A stretch of 63,319 bases of DNA, the filler included, from NCBI GenBank assembly GCA_964501035.1. It is 3 parts of 3 records of this genome, joined end to end, with 100 filler letters (N's around TTAATTAATTAA, not from the genome) between each part and the next. Parts side by side here need not be neighbours in the genome. Positions count along the whole stretch, not along the records: positions 43,726 to 63,319 come from CAZCRK010000026.1; 2 more parts are not named here. One strand, written 5' to 3'. Both the position numbers and the translations under genes were made by a program. This document shows positions 53,135 to 61,838 of this stretch, piece by piece; the first letter of the stretch is position 1; every line of letters starts with the position of its first letter. The notes below the pieces were generated by a model. That model saw only the letters and a list, made by a program, of their open reading frames with translations. It was not told the DNA's origin and did not search any database.

Positions 53135-55480
53135 ATGAACATTGATTCTAAATTAATTTCTGACCTTGGATTCGATGTTATTCAAAATTGGTTAACTGAG
53201 CACTGTCATTGTATTGAAAATAAGGACTATTTTTCCAATCTTTCTCCTATTTTAAATCAACAGAATCTCAAACAAAGCCAAGACCAAACTGAAGAATTAT
53301 TATCATCTTTTATTCGCAAAGACAGTCCACCTTCGCAAATAATACCCAATATAAATACATGGATTGAATCTTTATCAATATCTGGTTCACAATTAAATGA
53401 AAACCAATTTAATGAATTGTATCAAGTACTAGAATTTGGTAATACATTAAAAGCGTTTTGCAAACAATCTGATTTTCCTTTGTGGTCAGAAATAGTAAAG
53501 CAAATACAAGTAATTCCTGAAGGTAAATCGAAAATAAAAGACATTTTTGATGACTCATTTACTTTGCGTGATGATGCAAGTTCTCAGTTAAAACAATTGC
53601 ATAAATCGTTACAAAAAGCTCAATCTAGAATTCATTCACGGATGAATGAAATTTTTTCCAAAGCAAAAGATAGTGGATGGTTGCAGGGTGATAAAATTGC
53701 ATTTCAAAATGGAAGAAGTGTAATTCCTGTTCAATCAACTCATAAACGAAAAATAAATGGAATTATCCAAGGTCAATCTGCTACGGGACAAACAGCATTT
53801 ATTGAACCTTTGGAAATAATTGAACTCAATAATGAAATTTCTGAAACCCAATTTGCAATCATTGAAGAACAAAAACGAATTTTACGAGAATTAACAGCAT
53901 TTTTTAAACCATATTCAAGTGATATTCAAAGCAATTATTTTGTAATTTTAAACTTTGATATTCATCGAACTATTGCGTTACAAGCAAATATTTTAAAAGC
54001 AAGTAAACCAAATTTAACAAATCAAAATATCGTTCACATTGAACAGGGAAAAAATCCATTATTCACTTTAGCTGAGAAAAAGGTAATTCCACTAAACTTA
54101 AATTTATCTAAAGATACTGTTCTGTTAATTTCTGGACCCAATGCAGGCGGGAAAACAGTTGTTTTAAAAACTATTGGACTTTTTGTATTAATGGCTCAAT
54201 GTGGTTTGTTTGTCCCTGCTAAAAAAGTAAGCTTACCCATTTTTAATGCTATAGTAGCTGATATTGGTGACCGTCAATCAATTGAAGATGACCTCTCTAC
54301 CTTTTCTGCACATATTTATAACTTGGCAAATATTCTGAAAGATGCAAACTCTAAAACACTTGTGTTACTCGATGAACTTGGTACAGGTACGGAGCCAGAT
54401 GCAGGTGCTGCTATTTCTCAAGCAATTTTAGAGACACTCCTTATTAAAAAATCTTTTGTTTTTGCAACCACTCATTTAGGTGCTTTAAAAATTTGGGCAC
54501 ATGATCAAAAAGGTGTTGTAAATGGAGGAATGGTGTTTAATTCTAAAAAGTTGGCTCCTTCTTATGAGTTGAATATGGGTACCCCGGGTTCAAGTTATGC
54601 AATTGAAATTTCACAACGAATGGGTTTGGATGGAAATATTATTGACCGAGCAAAAGAATTAATTGGTGATAATTCTGTAAAACTTGAAACTATATTGAAT
54701 CAATTAGAGACTGAACGAAATGAAGTAATATTGCTAAAAGGTCAAATTAAAGATCGTGAAACATCAATCAATTTAAAAGAAGATCATATAAACAGATTAC
54801 AAGTACAAGTGAAAAAAGAGCATAAACATGCTAAAATTGATGCAGCAAAAGAAGCACAAAAATTAGTACACGAAGCACGGAAACAAATTGAAACACTTGT
54901 TTCCAATATTAAATCAAAAAATGCAGATACTGAAAGCATCCGTAACGCACATTCTACTATTGAGAAAACTTTAAAAAATCTGGAAATTGAATCTAAACCA
55001 GTGCAAACAAATACATTTGCTCCATTAAACATTCAAGAAGCCAATCATGGGGTTAAAGTTTTTATTCCACACTTAGATTCTGAAGGAGTAATTATTTATC
55101 CTCCCGATAAGAAACAAAAAGTTACCGTTGAAATTAATGGTGTGAAGTTTAAGTTAAAATTAAACGAACTCACAATTGCTGATAAATCAACAAAAGAAGA
55201 AAGTAAATTCACAGGAGAACTGGTATATTCTCGTCCAGAAAGTATGCAAATTGATTTACGTGGGTTCCGTGTTGATAATGCATTAATTGAAGTTGAACAA
55301 TTTTTAGATAAGGCTTTAATGTCTGGTATGCAAATGGTGCAAATTTTACATGGTAAAGGCACAGGTGCACTCATGGAAGCAATTCAAACATATTTAAAAT
55401 CCCAATCTTTCGTAAATAAATACTATTTTGCAAAACCGGAACATGGTGGAGCTGGAATAACAGTTGTAGAACTTTCATGA
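53135..55480 (+). CDS. mutS2: Endonuclease/ATPase MutS2
   Basis: SGPNAGGKT, DIGDRQSI..LSTFS, LDELGTGT, C-terminal Smr HGKGTG. Confidence 0.94.
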   Translation: MNIDSKLISDLGFDVIQNWLTEHCHCIENKDYFSNLSPILNQQNLKQSQDQTEELLSSFIRKDSPPSQIIPNINTWIESLSISGSQLNENQFNELYQVLEFGNTLKAFCKQSDFPLWSEIVKQIQVIPEGKSKIKDIFDDSFTLRDDASSQLKQLHKSLQKAQSRIHSRMNEIFSKAKDSGWLQGDKIAFQNGRSVIPVQSTHKRKINGIIQGQSATGQTAFIEPLEIIELNNEISETQFAIIEEQKRILRELTAFFKPYSSDIQSNYFVILNFDIHRTIALQANILKASKPNLTNQNIVHIEQGKNPLFTLAEKKVIPLNLNLSKDTVLLISGPNAGGKTVVLKTIGLFVLMAQCGLFVPAKKVSLPIFNAIVADIGDRQSIEDDLSTFSAHIYNLANILKDANSKTLVLLDELGTGTEPDAGAAISQAILETLLIKKSFVFATTHLGALKIWAHDQKGVVNGGMVFNSKKLAPSYELNMGTPGSSYAIEISQRMGLDGNIIDRAKELIGDNSVKLETILNQLETERNEVILLKGQIKDRETSINLKEDHINRLQVQVKKEHKHAKIDAAKEAQKLVHEARKQIETLVSNIKSKNADTESIRNAHSTIEKTLKNLEIESKPVQTNTFAPLNIQEANHGVKVFIPHLDSEGVIIYPPDKKQKVTVEINGVKFKLKLNELTIADKSTKEESKFTGELVYSRPESMQIDLRGFRVDNALIEVEQFLDKALMSGMQMVQILHGKGTGALMEAIQTYLKSQSFVNKYYFAKPEHGGAGITVVELS

Positions 55481-55537
55481 CATATTTTATTATCATATTT
55501 AATTATTCAATGAAAGTCGTATTTTATTCACCTAATC

Positions 55538-57346
55538 ATGGCTAGAATTTCCGAACAAACTATTGAACATATTAGAAGCGCAGCAGATATTGTTGATGTT
55601 GTAGGTTCATTTATTGAACTAAAAAAGAAAGGTAAAGATTATAAAGGAATCTGTCCGTTTCATGATGACACAAAGCCTTCACTTTCTGTAAGTCCTGCAA
55701 GACAAATTTATAAATGTTTTGTATGTGATCATGGAGGCAATGCATTTAATTTTGTCATGGAATATGAACAGTTAGAATTTGTTGATGCAGTAAAATTTTT
55801 AGCTGATAAATATAATATCGAACTAAACTTAAACGAAAGCTCTGGAGTTTCACGTGATCTAAAAACTCAGTTACTAGAAATACATAAAATTACCGCACAA
55901 CATTATGCTAAGAATTTAGATACGACTAAAGGTGATCCAATTTTACATCATCTTCAAGAACGAGGATTGACTAAGGAAACAATTCAAGCATTTCAAATTG
56001 GTTATAGTTTAGATTCTTATGATAAAGTTCTAAATGGAATTCGTAAACATAACTTTTCGTCAGAAGCCATGAAAAATTCGGGTTTGTTTTATGAATCAGA
56101 AAAAGGATTTATGGATAGATTCCGCGGACGAATCATGTTTAGCATTACGAACGCTCAAGGTAAAGTGATTGCTTTTGCTGGACGAGTTTTCAAAAAGGAT
56201 GACCCAGCAAAATATGTAAACTCACCCGAAACACCAATCTACAATAAAAGTCAAATACTGTATGGATTATTTAATACACGAAAAGCAATACAAGAGTCCA
56301 AGCATGCAATAATTGTTGAAGGTTATTTAGATTTTTTACAACTTTATCAAGCAGGGATTCAAAATATTGTTGCAGTATCTGGAACGTCTTTTACTGAACA
56401 ACATGCTACTATACTGAAAAGATATTGTGATGAGGTTGTCATTGCCTATGATGGGGATTCCGCGGGTGTTTCTGCAGCAATCCGTGCAGGATATGTTATG
56501 CTTTTAAAAGGACTATCACCTAAAATAGTTACCATTCCTGAACATTTAGATCCAGATGATTGGGTGAAAAATGAAGGACCTGTTCCATTTCAAACTGCAG
56601 TTAAGAAAGCTACACCCCTTATAAAATTTCATTATAATAATTTTAATGGTGACGTAAACTCTACAGCTGGTTTAAATCAGTTTTTAAATGATTCACTTGA
56701 TGGAATTTCCCAAATTAATGATCCAATTACCAGAGAGTTATATGCTAGAGAGTTAGCTCAAATATCAAATGTTAGCGAAGAGAGTATTTTTCAATCACTA
56801 AGGGTGATTTTGGATAAAAGAAATTATCAAAAAAATATGAGAGCTCAGAGTAAAACAAAAGAACAATCTCAACAAAAACCACCAAAAGTAAATTCTCAAA
56901 TAAAATCTACTTCACAAACTAGATTAGAGGATGATTTAATACGTTTATGCTTTAGCAAAAATCAAAAACTTCGATTGTTAATTTTTGATAACATGAATAC
57001 TGATTGGATTCAATCACATACACATAAAACGTTATTTTCAAAAATTTACATACATTTAAATAGTGAGTCATGCCCACAGGAAAGTATTATCTTGAATGAA
57101 TTAAATGAAGAAAATGACAGAAGAAAATTAATACACCTAACATTTGATTTAAATAAAATGGATCCCACAATATCTATGGTTAAAGAATGTCTAATTCGAT
57201 TAGAATCTTCATGGATTCAAAACAATATGAATCACATAAGAGAGCAACTTAAAAAAACAACTAATGTAGATATGAAAATTGTTTCTGAGTTAAATAATCT
57301 CCAAAATCAAAAACTTGCCCTTAAGAGGAAGTATAGTGATTCATAA
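55538..57346 (+). CDS. dnaG: DNA primase
   Basis: CPFH..PS...KCFVC, DRFRGR, KYVNSPET, EGYLD, YDGD. Confidence 0.96.
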   Translation: MARISEQTIEHIRSAADIVDVVGSFIELKKKGKDYKGICPFHDDTKPSLSVSPARQIYKCFVCDHGGNAFNFVMEYEQLEFVDAVKFLADKYNIELNLNESSGVSRDLKTQLLEIHKITAQHYAKNLDTTKGDPILHHLQERGLTKETIQAFQIGYSLDSYDKVLNGIRKHNFSSEAMKNSGLFYESEKGFMDRFRGRIMFSITNAQGKVIAFAGRVFKKDDPAKYVNSPETPIYNKSQILYGLFNTRKAIQESKHAIIVEGYLDFLQLYQAGIQNIVAVSGTSFTEQHATILKRYCDEVVIAYDGDSAGVSAAIRAGYVMLLKGLSPKIVTIPEHLDPDDWVKNEGPVPFQTAVKKATPLIKFHYNNFNGDVNSTAGLNQFLNDSLDGISQINDPITRELYARELAQISNVSEESIFQSLRVILDKRNYQKNMRAQSKTKEQSQQKPPKVNSQIKSTSQTRLEDDLIRLCFSKNQKLRLLIFDNMNTDWIQSHTHKTLFSKIYIHLNSESCPQESIILNELNEENDRRKLIHLTFDLNKMDPTISMVKECLIRLESSWIQNNMNHIREQLKKTTNVDMKIVSELNNLQNQKLALKRKYSDS

Positions 57347-58304
57347 ATGGTTTTCCATATTTCTTGCTCTGTTCTGCATTAGTTGCTCTGATAGTGATTT
57401 GCTAATTACTAATGACCAAAATGATATCCAAAGCAGCATCGTAGGATTCACAAGTAATAACTCTGGAATAGTTTTAACTTCTGTTGATTTACTTTGGAAT
57501 TCTTTTGAAAATACATCAATTACACTTTCAATAACAGATTCAATAATTGATGTAGGTTCTATTAATCAATATTCTTTTGAGGGATTGAGTCCAGGATGGT
57601 TTGACAAAGTTGTATTAACTATTGAATTAGATTCTGAAACTTTAACAGATAGTATTACAGTATTTACAAGGCCTTTGGAACCTGCAAAAAATTTCAATGT
57701 GTCACCATTTTTTACTTCAAATGGTTACAAACAATATGAACTGAGTTGGGATAATAGCGAAGATGTAAACAAAAATATCCTCTATAAAGTTTCAATTTTT
57801 GAAGAGGATGACCCAGACATAAGTTTTGAAAATGGTGAATTGAATTCTCAATGGGACTCATTGACTGTATTTGATAAACTTTACACATCTTTTATTGACA
57901 CTTCTTTACATTTTTCTGATTCAGCATATTATTACATTATTAAAACGGTTGAAAAATATGGTGCTTTTAGATATAGTAAAATTCCAAATATTGAATCTCC
58001 AATTCAAAACTCTACTTTTAGTTTTACAAATTTAACCGATGACTTGTATCACAGAATTGAATTAGAATGGGACCCTTATTTGGATGAAGATTTTTATGAA
58101 ATGGAGTTATGGAGAAGTTCTAACTATAGTTCCCCAGTAGAAAATGGAAAACAACTTGGAGTTTTCTCAGATCCATCTATTGATTTTTATTACGATGTTA
58201 ATAATTTAGTTGGTGGGGTTGATTATTATTATCAAATGAAAATTACCAATATTTTTGGATATTCTACCATTAGTGAAATAGTAAGTGGACGCTCTCACCC
58301 ATGA
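57336..58304 (+). CDS. Hypothetical lipoprotein with FN3-like beta domains
   Basis: GTG start, FCISC lipobox-like; ELSW/ELEW and YYY motifs. Confidence 0.6.
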   Translation: MIHKWFSIFLALFCISCSDSDLLITNDQNDIQSSIVGFTSNNSGIVLTSVDLLWNSFENTSITLSITDSIIDVGSINQYSFEGLSPGWFDKVVLTIELDSETLTDSITVFTRPLEPAKNFNVSPFFTSNGYKQYELSWDNSEDVNKNILYKVSIFEEDDPDISFENGELNSQWDSLTVFDKLYTSFIDTSLHFSDSAYYYIIKTVEKYGAFRYSKIPNIESPIQNSTFSFTNLTDDLYHRIELEWDPYLDEDFYEMELWRSSNYSSPVENGKQLGVFSDPSIDFYYDVNNLVGGVDYYYQMKITNIFGYSTISEIVSGRSHP

Positions 58305-59038
58305 TGAAATATTTTATATATCCCTTATCGTTTCTACTGTTTTCTTGTACTGATTTATTGTTACATGATTCAACATATCATTCTCTGTCATTTAATGGCG
58401 GTGCATGGATAGAATTTGAGGGGTTAGATTTACAAAATAATTTCACAATAGAATTTTGGACCACTGGAGGTCAAGTAAATTCATCTGAATCCCCAGCACT
58501 TATTTCTATTGGAAATCAAGATTCAATTCAATTTGCATTGTATCGCCATCCAAATATTAAATCACAAGTAATGATTGAGTTAAACAATAATCTAACAAAT
58601 ACAACTATTAATAGTTTAGATACTGTAAATACAGAAACATTTAATTTTATTGCAATTTCTAAATATGATACTTTTATGAACATCCATATTAATGGGCTTG
58701 ATTTTCAAACAGAAATTGACTTTTGGGACGTAGGTTCAACCCTGTATATTGGAGCAGTTCCCTACTTAACCATGTCAAATTTTTGGATTGGGATAATCGA
58801 TGAAATTCGTTTTTGGGATACTAACTTAGATAGTGAGATATTGGAATTTCATGCTGAAAATCCGAACAAACTATTTCAAAATGAAAACAATGATATAGAA
58901 GACAATATAATTGCACATTGGAGGTTAGAATATACAGAACCAAGTTCTATTGTTTCTGATTCAAAAAATAATTTCGATGGGGTGATTAAAACACTTCCAG
59001 GATATTCTGTAGAATTATCATCAAAATTTGCACAATGA
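58301..59038 (+). CDS. LamG/concanavalin A-like lipoprotein
   Basis: LLFSC lipobox; SLSFNGG, FTIEFW, GIIDEIRFW, IAHW. Confidence 0.75.
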   Translation: MMKYFIYPLSFLLFSCTDLLLHDSTYHSLSFNGGAWIEFEGLDLQNNFTIEFWTTGGQVNSSESPALISIGNQDSIQFALYRHPNIKSQVMIELNNNLTNTTINSLDTVNTETFNFIAISKYDTFMNIHINGLDFQTEIDFWDVGSTLYIGAVPYLTMSNFWIGIIDEIRFWDTNLDSEILEFHAENPNKLFQNENNDIEDNIIAHWRLEYTEPSSIVSDSKNNFDGVIKTLPGYSVELSSKFAQ

Positions 59039-59082
59039 TTTTGGTTTGAATAGGTTCAATCCTGTAAATTTTTGCCCTGTTT

Positions 59083-59156
59083 GGGCTCTTAGCTCAGTTG
59101 GTTAGAGCAGTGGACTCATAATCCATTGGTCCGGGGTTCAAGTCCCTGAGGGCCCA
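59083..59156 (+). tRNA. tRNA with CAT anticodon, most likely tRNA-Ile2 (lysidine); CCA not encoded
   Basis: GGGCTCTTAGCTCAGTTGGTTAGAGCAGTGGACTCATAATCCATTGGTCCGGGGTTCAAGTCCCTGAGGGCCCA; cloverleaf, ileX-like. Confidence 0.93.
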
Positions 59157-59165
59157 CAAAAAAAA

Positions 59166-59204
59166 GGAAGCGACCTGTTGAAGTAAAATTCAGCAGGTCA
59201 TTCC
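59166..59204 (+). terminator. Hairpin immediately downstream of the tRNA (terminator/processing-like)
   Basis: GACCTGTTGAA-gtaaaa-TTCAGCAGGTC flanked by GGAA/TTCC. Confidence 0.5.
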
Positions 59205-59216
59205 ATAACTAATCAA

Positions 59217-59465
59217 ATGTCCTATTTCGTCTATATACTAAAATCTAAAGTAGCAGATTGGCATTATGTGGGGATGTCATCTAATCCACAATCCAGATTA
59301 AAATCGCACAATTCAGGTCAAGTCAAATCTACTAAATCCAGAAGACCATTTAAGATTATACTCATTGAGAAATTCCCAAATAGAAGTTAAGCCAGATTAC
59401 GAGAAAAATATTATAAAACTGGCTTTGGCAAAAAAGTTTGGATGAAGAAACTTAACTCAAAATAG
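59217..59465 (+). pseudogene. Small stand-alone GIY-YIG nuclease with one in-frame stop (not in ORF track)
   Basis: MSYFVYILKS...HYVGMS...RLKSHNSG..STKSRRP...E...RS*ARLREKYYKTGFG; TAA at 59388-59390. Confidence 0.88.
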
Positions 59466-59475
59466 CTAGGGGTTC

Positions 59476-59510
59476 CCAGCCCGCTCCCGACCAGCGGGAG
59501 GGCTGGCGGG
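59476..59510. repeat. 35-nt GC-rich nested palindrome inserted in the duplicated T-loop
   Basis: CCAGCC-cg-CTCCCG-accag-CGGGAG-GGCTGG-cggg. Confidence 0.8.
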
Positions 59511-59530
59511 AAGTCCCTGAGGGCCCACAT

Positions 59531-59559
59531 TAAAACCCTTCGTTTATCGAAGGGTTTTA
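59531..59559. terminator. Bidirectional intrinsic terminator
   Basis: TAAAACCCTTCG-tttat-CGAAGGGTTTTA between the convergent tRNA locus and hypF. Confidence 0.85.
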
Positions 59560-59570
59560 TTTAAAGAATT

Positions 59571-61796
59571 CTATTGTTGATGTTTTAGAGATGCTAGATA
59601 TGCTTGTCCCAAAGAAATCCCTCCATCATTTGGAGTTGATATTCTGTTAAATATTACATTAAATCCTGCAGATTTTAAGGCTGAAACAGAACGCTCAAAC
59701 AACAATCTATTTTGAAATACTCCCCCACTCAATGCAACGTGATTCAAATCAGATTTGTTTGCAATTTCAACGATTGATTTCACCAATCCATTATGAAATT
59801 TTGCTGAAACGATTTGATTGCTAATATTATTTTTTTTATCCTGAATAATTTGCATAATCAAATCATCTGTTTCTAAAACATTATTTTTCCAATTTAACAT
59901 ATAAAATCCTGTTTCACTTTGATCCACAATATATTGTAACTGCATTGCTGATTGACCTTCAAAAGTATTTATCTGACTAAGGCCAATCAATGATGCAATG
60001 CCGTCGAATAACCGCCCCATACTTGATGTTATTGGACTATTAATTTGGTGTTTCACCATATTTTGAATAAGATCAATCTCTTGAGAGGACCAATCCGAAT
60101 CAAATTGAAAATCTAGTTTCATGTTGGAAAGCAAACCAATTGCACTTCTTCTAGGTTCTTTAGAAGCAAAGTCTCCTCCAGGTAATGGAAATTGTTGCAA
60201 ATGACCCCATCTTTCAAATGTATCATTTTCGCAAATTAAAAATTCACCTCCCCAAATAGTATTATCTGAGCCAATTCCTGTACCATCCCAGGAAATACCG
60301 AGAGTAGGTTCAGTTATTTTATGCTCAGCCATAACTGACCCAATATGCGCATGATGATGCTGAACTTTTACTATTGGTAAATCCAAAGACATTGCAAATT
60401 TAGTTGATAAATAATCTGGGTGAAGGTCACAAGCAACAATTTCAGGATGTATATCATATAATTTTGGCAAATCTTCTACTATCTTTAAAAATGCTTGATA
60501 CGCCTCTGAATTAGATAAATCCCCGATATGTTGACTCATAACTATTTTGTCTGAAATTGAAATTGAAATTGTATTTTTCAGATGTGCACCAACACTAAGA
60601 ATAGCAGGTGATTTATGGTTTTTTTGAATTGAATAAGGTGCATAACCACGCGCAATTCTCAGAAATTGATTCCCATATTTTGTACTCTGAACTACAGAAT
60701 CATCAACCTGACGTGAAATAGAACGATTATGGTGCAGAAAAGCGTCTGCAATTTGATTTAATTTATGATTAGCATTTTTATTCGTAATGGAAATGGGCTC
60801 ATCATGATAATTCCCGGAAGTACATATCAATATTTGTAAAGGTTTGTTTACATACATTGGAGAAAATAATAAATGATGCAAAGGAGTATAAGGAAGCATA
60901 ACTCCAATATGAGTATTATTTTGGGCTATTAGCTTTGATAGATTTATGGTTGATTTATCTCGTTTTTTCAATAAAACAATGGGTGCCGAATACGAAGTGA
61001 GTGTTTCTATTTCCTGTTCTGATATTTCACAAATTTTCCTAACGGCTTCAATAGAATCAACCATGATCGCAAAGGGTTTTTCTTCTCTATGTTTTCTTTC
61101 ACGTAAAGTTTGAACAACTTTGTCAGAAGTCGCATCACACAATAACTGATACCCACCTACTCCTTTTAATGCAATTATTTTTCCGGATAACAAATCTTTT
61201 TGTACTTCTTTTATTGAAGAACCTTCGATTTTGGGTCCACATTTTGAGCACGCATTGGGTTGAGCGTGAAAACGCCTATCTGAGGGATCATCATACTCAG
61301 ATTGACACTTATTACACATGTTAAAAACATGCATTTCTGTATTTTTTCTATCATATGGTATCTCGTTTATAATTGAAAAACGAGGACCACAATTTGTGCA
61401 ATTTGTAAAAGGATATGCAAACCGTCTATCGTTTGGATTCAATATATCATTAAGGCAATCAGGACATGTTGCTAAATCCGGAAGAACTGTTACGGTTTTA
61501 CTCCCTTTCCCAACACTTTTTACAATTGTAAACCCCTTTTCATTTTGGTTTAAAGATATTTGTTTTTTAGAAATATTATCAATTCTAGAAACAATTGGAG
61601 CATCAATTTGTATTTTCTTAAGAAATTGTTCTAGAACAACTTTAGTTTGCTGCGCTTCAATAAATACACCCTGTGATGTATTACTTACATTTCCTGTAAT
61701 CCCAAGAGAGTTTGATAAATTATAAATGAAAGGTCTAAAACCAACTCCTTGTACAGCACCAGTAATATGAATATGAATACGAAGTTTATCAGACAT
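59571..61796 (-). CDS. hypF: Carbamoyltransferase HypF
   Basis: GAVQGVGFRPF acylphosphatase domain, CxxC zinc fingers, RRFHAQP, QHHHAH, DGTG, SSMGRLFD, NDGGISLGQ. Confidence 0.96.
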   Translation of the reverse strand: MSDKLRIHIHITGAVQGVGFRPFIYNLSNSLGITGNVSNTSQGVFIEAQQTKVVLEQFLKKIQIDAPIVSRIDNISKKQISLNQNEKGFTIVKSVGKGSKTVTVLPDLATCPDCLNDILNPNDRRFAYPFTNCTNCGPRFSIINEIPYDRKNTEMHVFNMCNKCQSEYDDPSDRRFHAQPNACSKCGPKIEGSSIKEVQKDLLSGKIIALKGVGGYQLLCDATSDKVVQTLRERKHREEKPFAIMVDSIEAVRKICEISEQEIETLTSYSAPIVLLKKRDKSTINLSKLIAQNNTHIGVMLPYTPLHHLLFSPMYVNKPLQILICTSGNYHDEPISITNKNANHKLNQIADAFLHHNRSISRQVDDSVVQSTKYGNQFLRIARGYAPYSIQKNHKSPAILSVGAHLKNTISISISDKIVMSQHIGDLSNSEAYQAFLKIVEDLPKLYDIHPEIVACDLHPDYLSTKFAMSLDLPIVKVQHHHAHIGSVMAEHKITEPTLGISWDGTGIGSDNTIWGGEFLICENDTFERWGHLQQFPLPGGDFASKEPRRSAIGLLSNMKLDFQFDSDWSSQEIDLIQNMVKHQINSPITSSMGRLFDGIASLIGLSQINTFEGQSAMQLQYIVDQSETGFYMLNWKNNVLETDDLIMQIIQDKKNNISNQIVSAKFHNGLVKSIVEIANKSDLNHVALSGGVFQNRLLFERSVSALKSAGFNVIFNRISTPNDGGISLGQAYLASLKHQQ

Positions 61797-61838
61797 ACTA
61801 TAATTTACGACGTTTAGGTCGCATTAAATCAGTACTCT

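Larger units (their letters stand above)
59133..59529 (+). mobile_element. Putative tRNA-targeted GIY-YIG mini-element bounded by direct repeats of the tRNA 3' end
   Basis: GGGGTTC+AAGTCCCTGAGGGCCCACA at 59133-59158, repeated at 59469-59475 and 59511-59529. Confidence 0.7.

Noticed and set aside
59050..59065. T-arm-like sequence ATAGGTTCAATCCTGT upstream of the tRNA
   Set aside because: Six-nt loop, no rest of a cloverleaf, and it lies in the putative promoter spacer; likely coincidence.
59388..59390. Stop-codon recoding in the GIY-YIG gene
   Set aside because: TAA terminates many genes in the window and all other genes fit the standard code; point mutation or base-call error is simpler.
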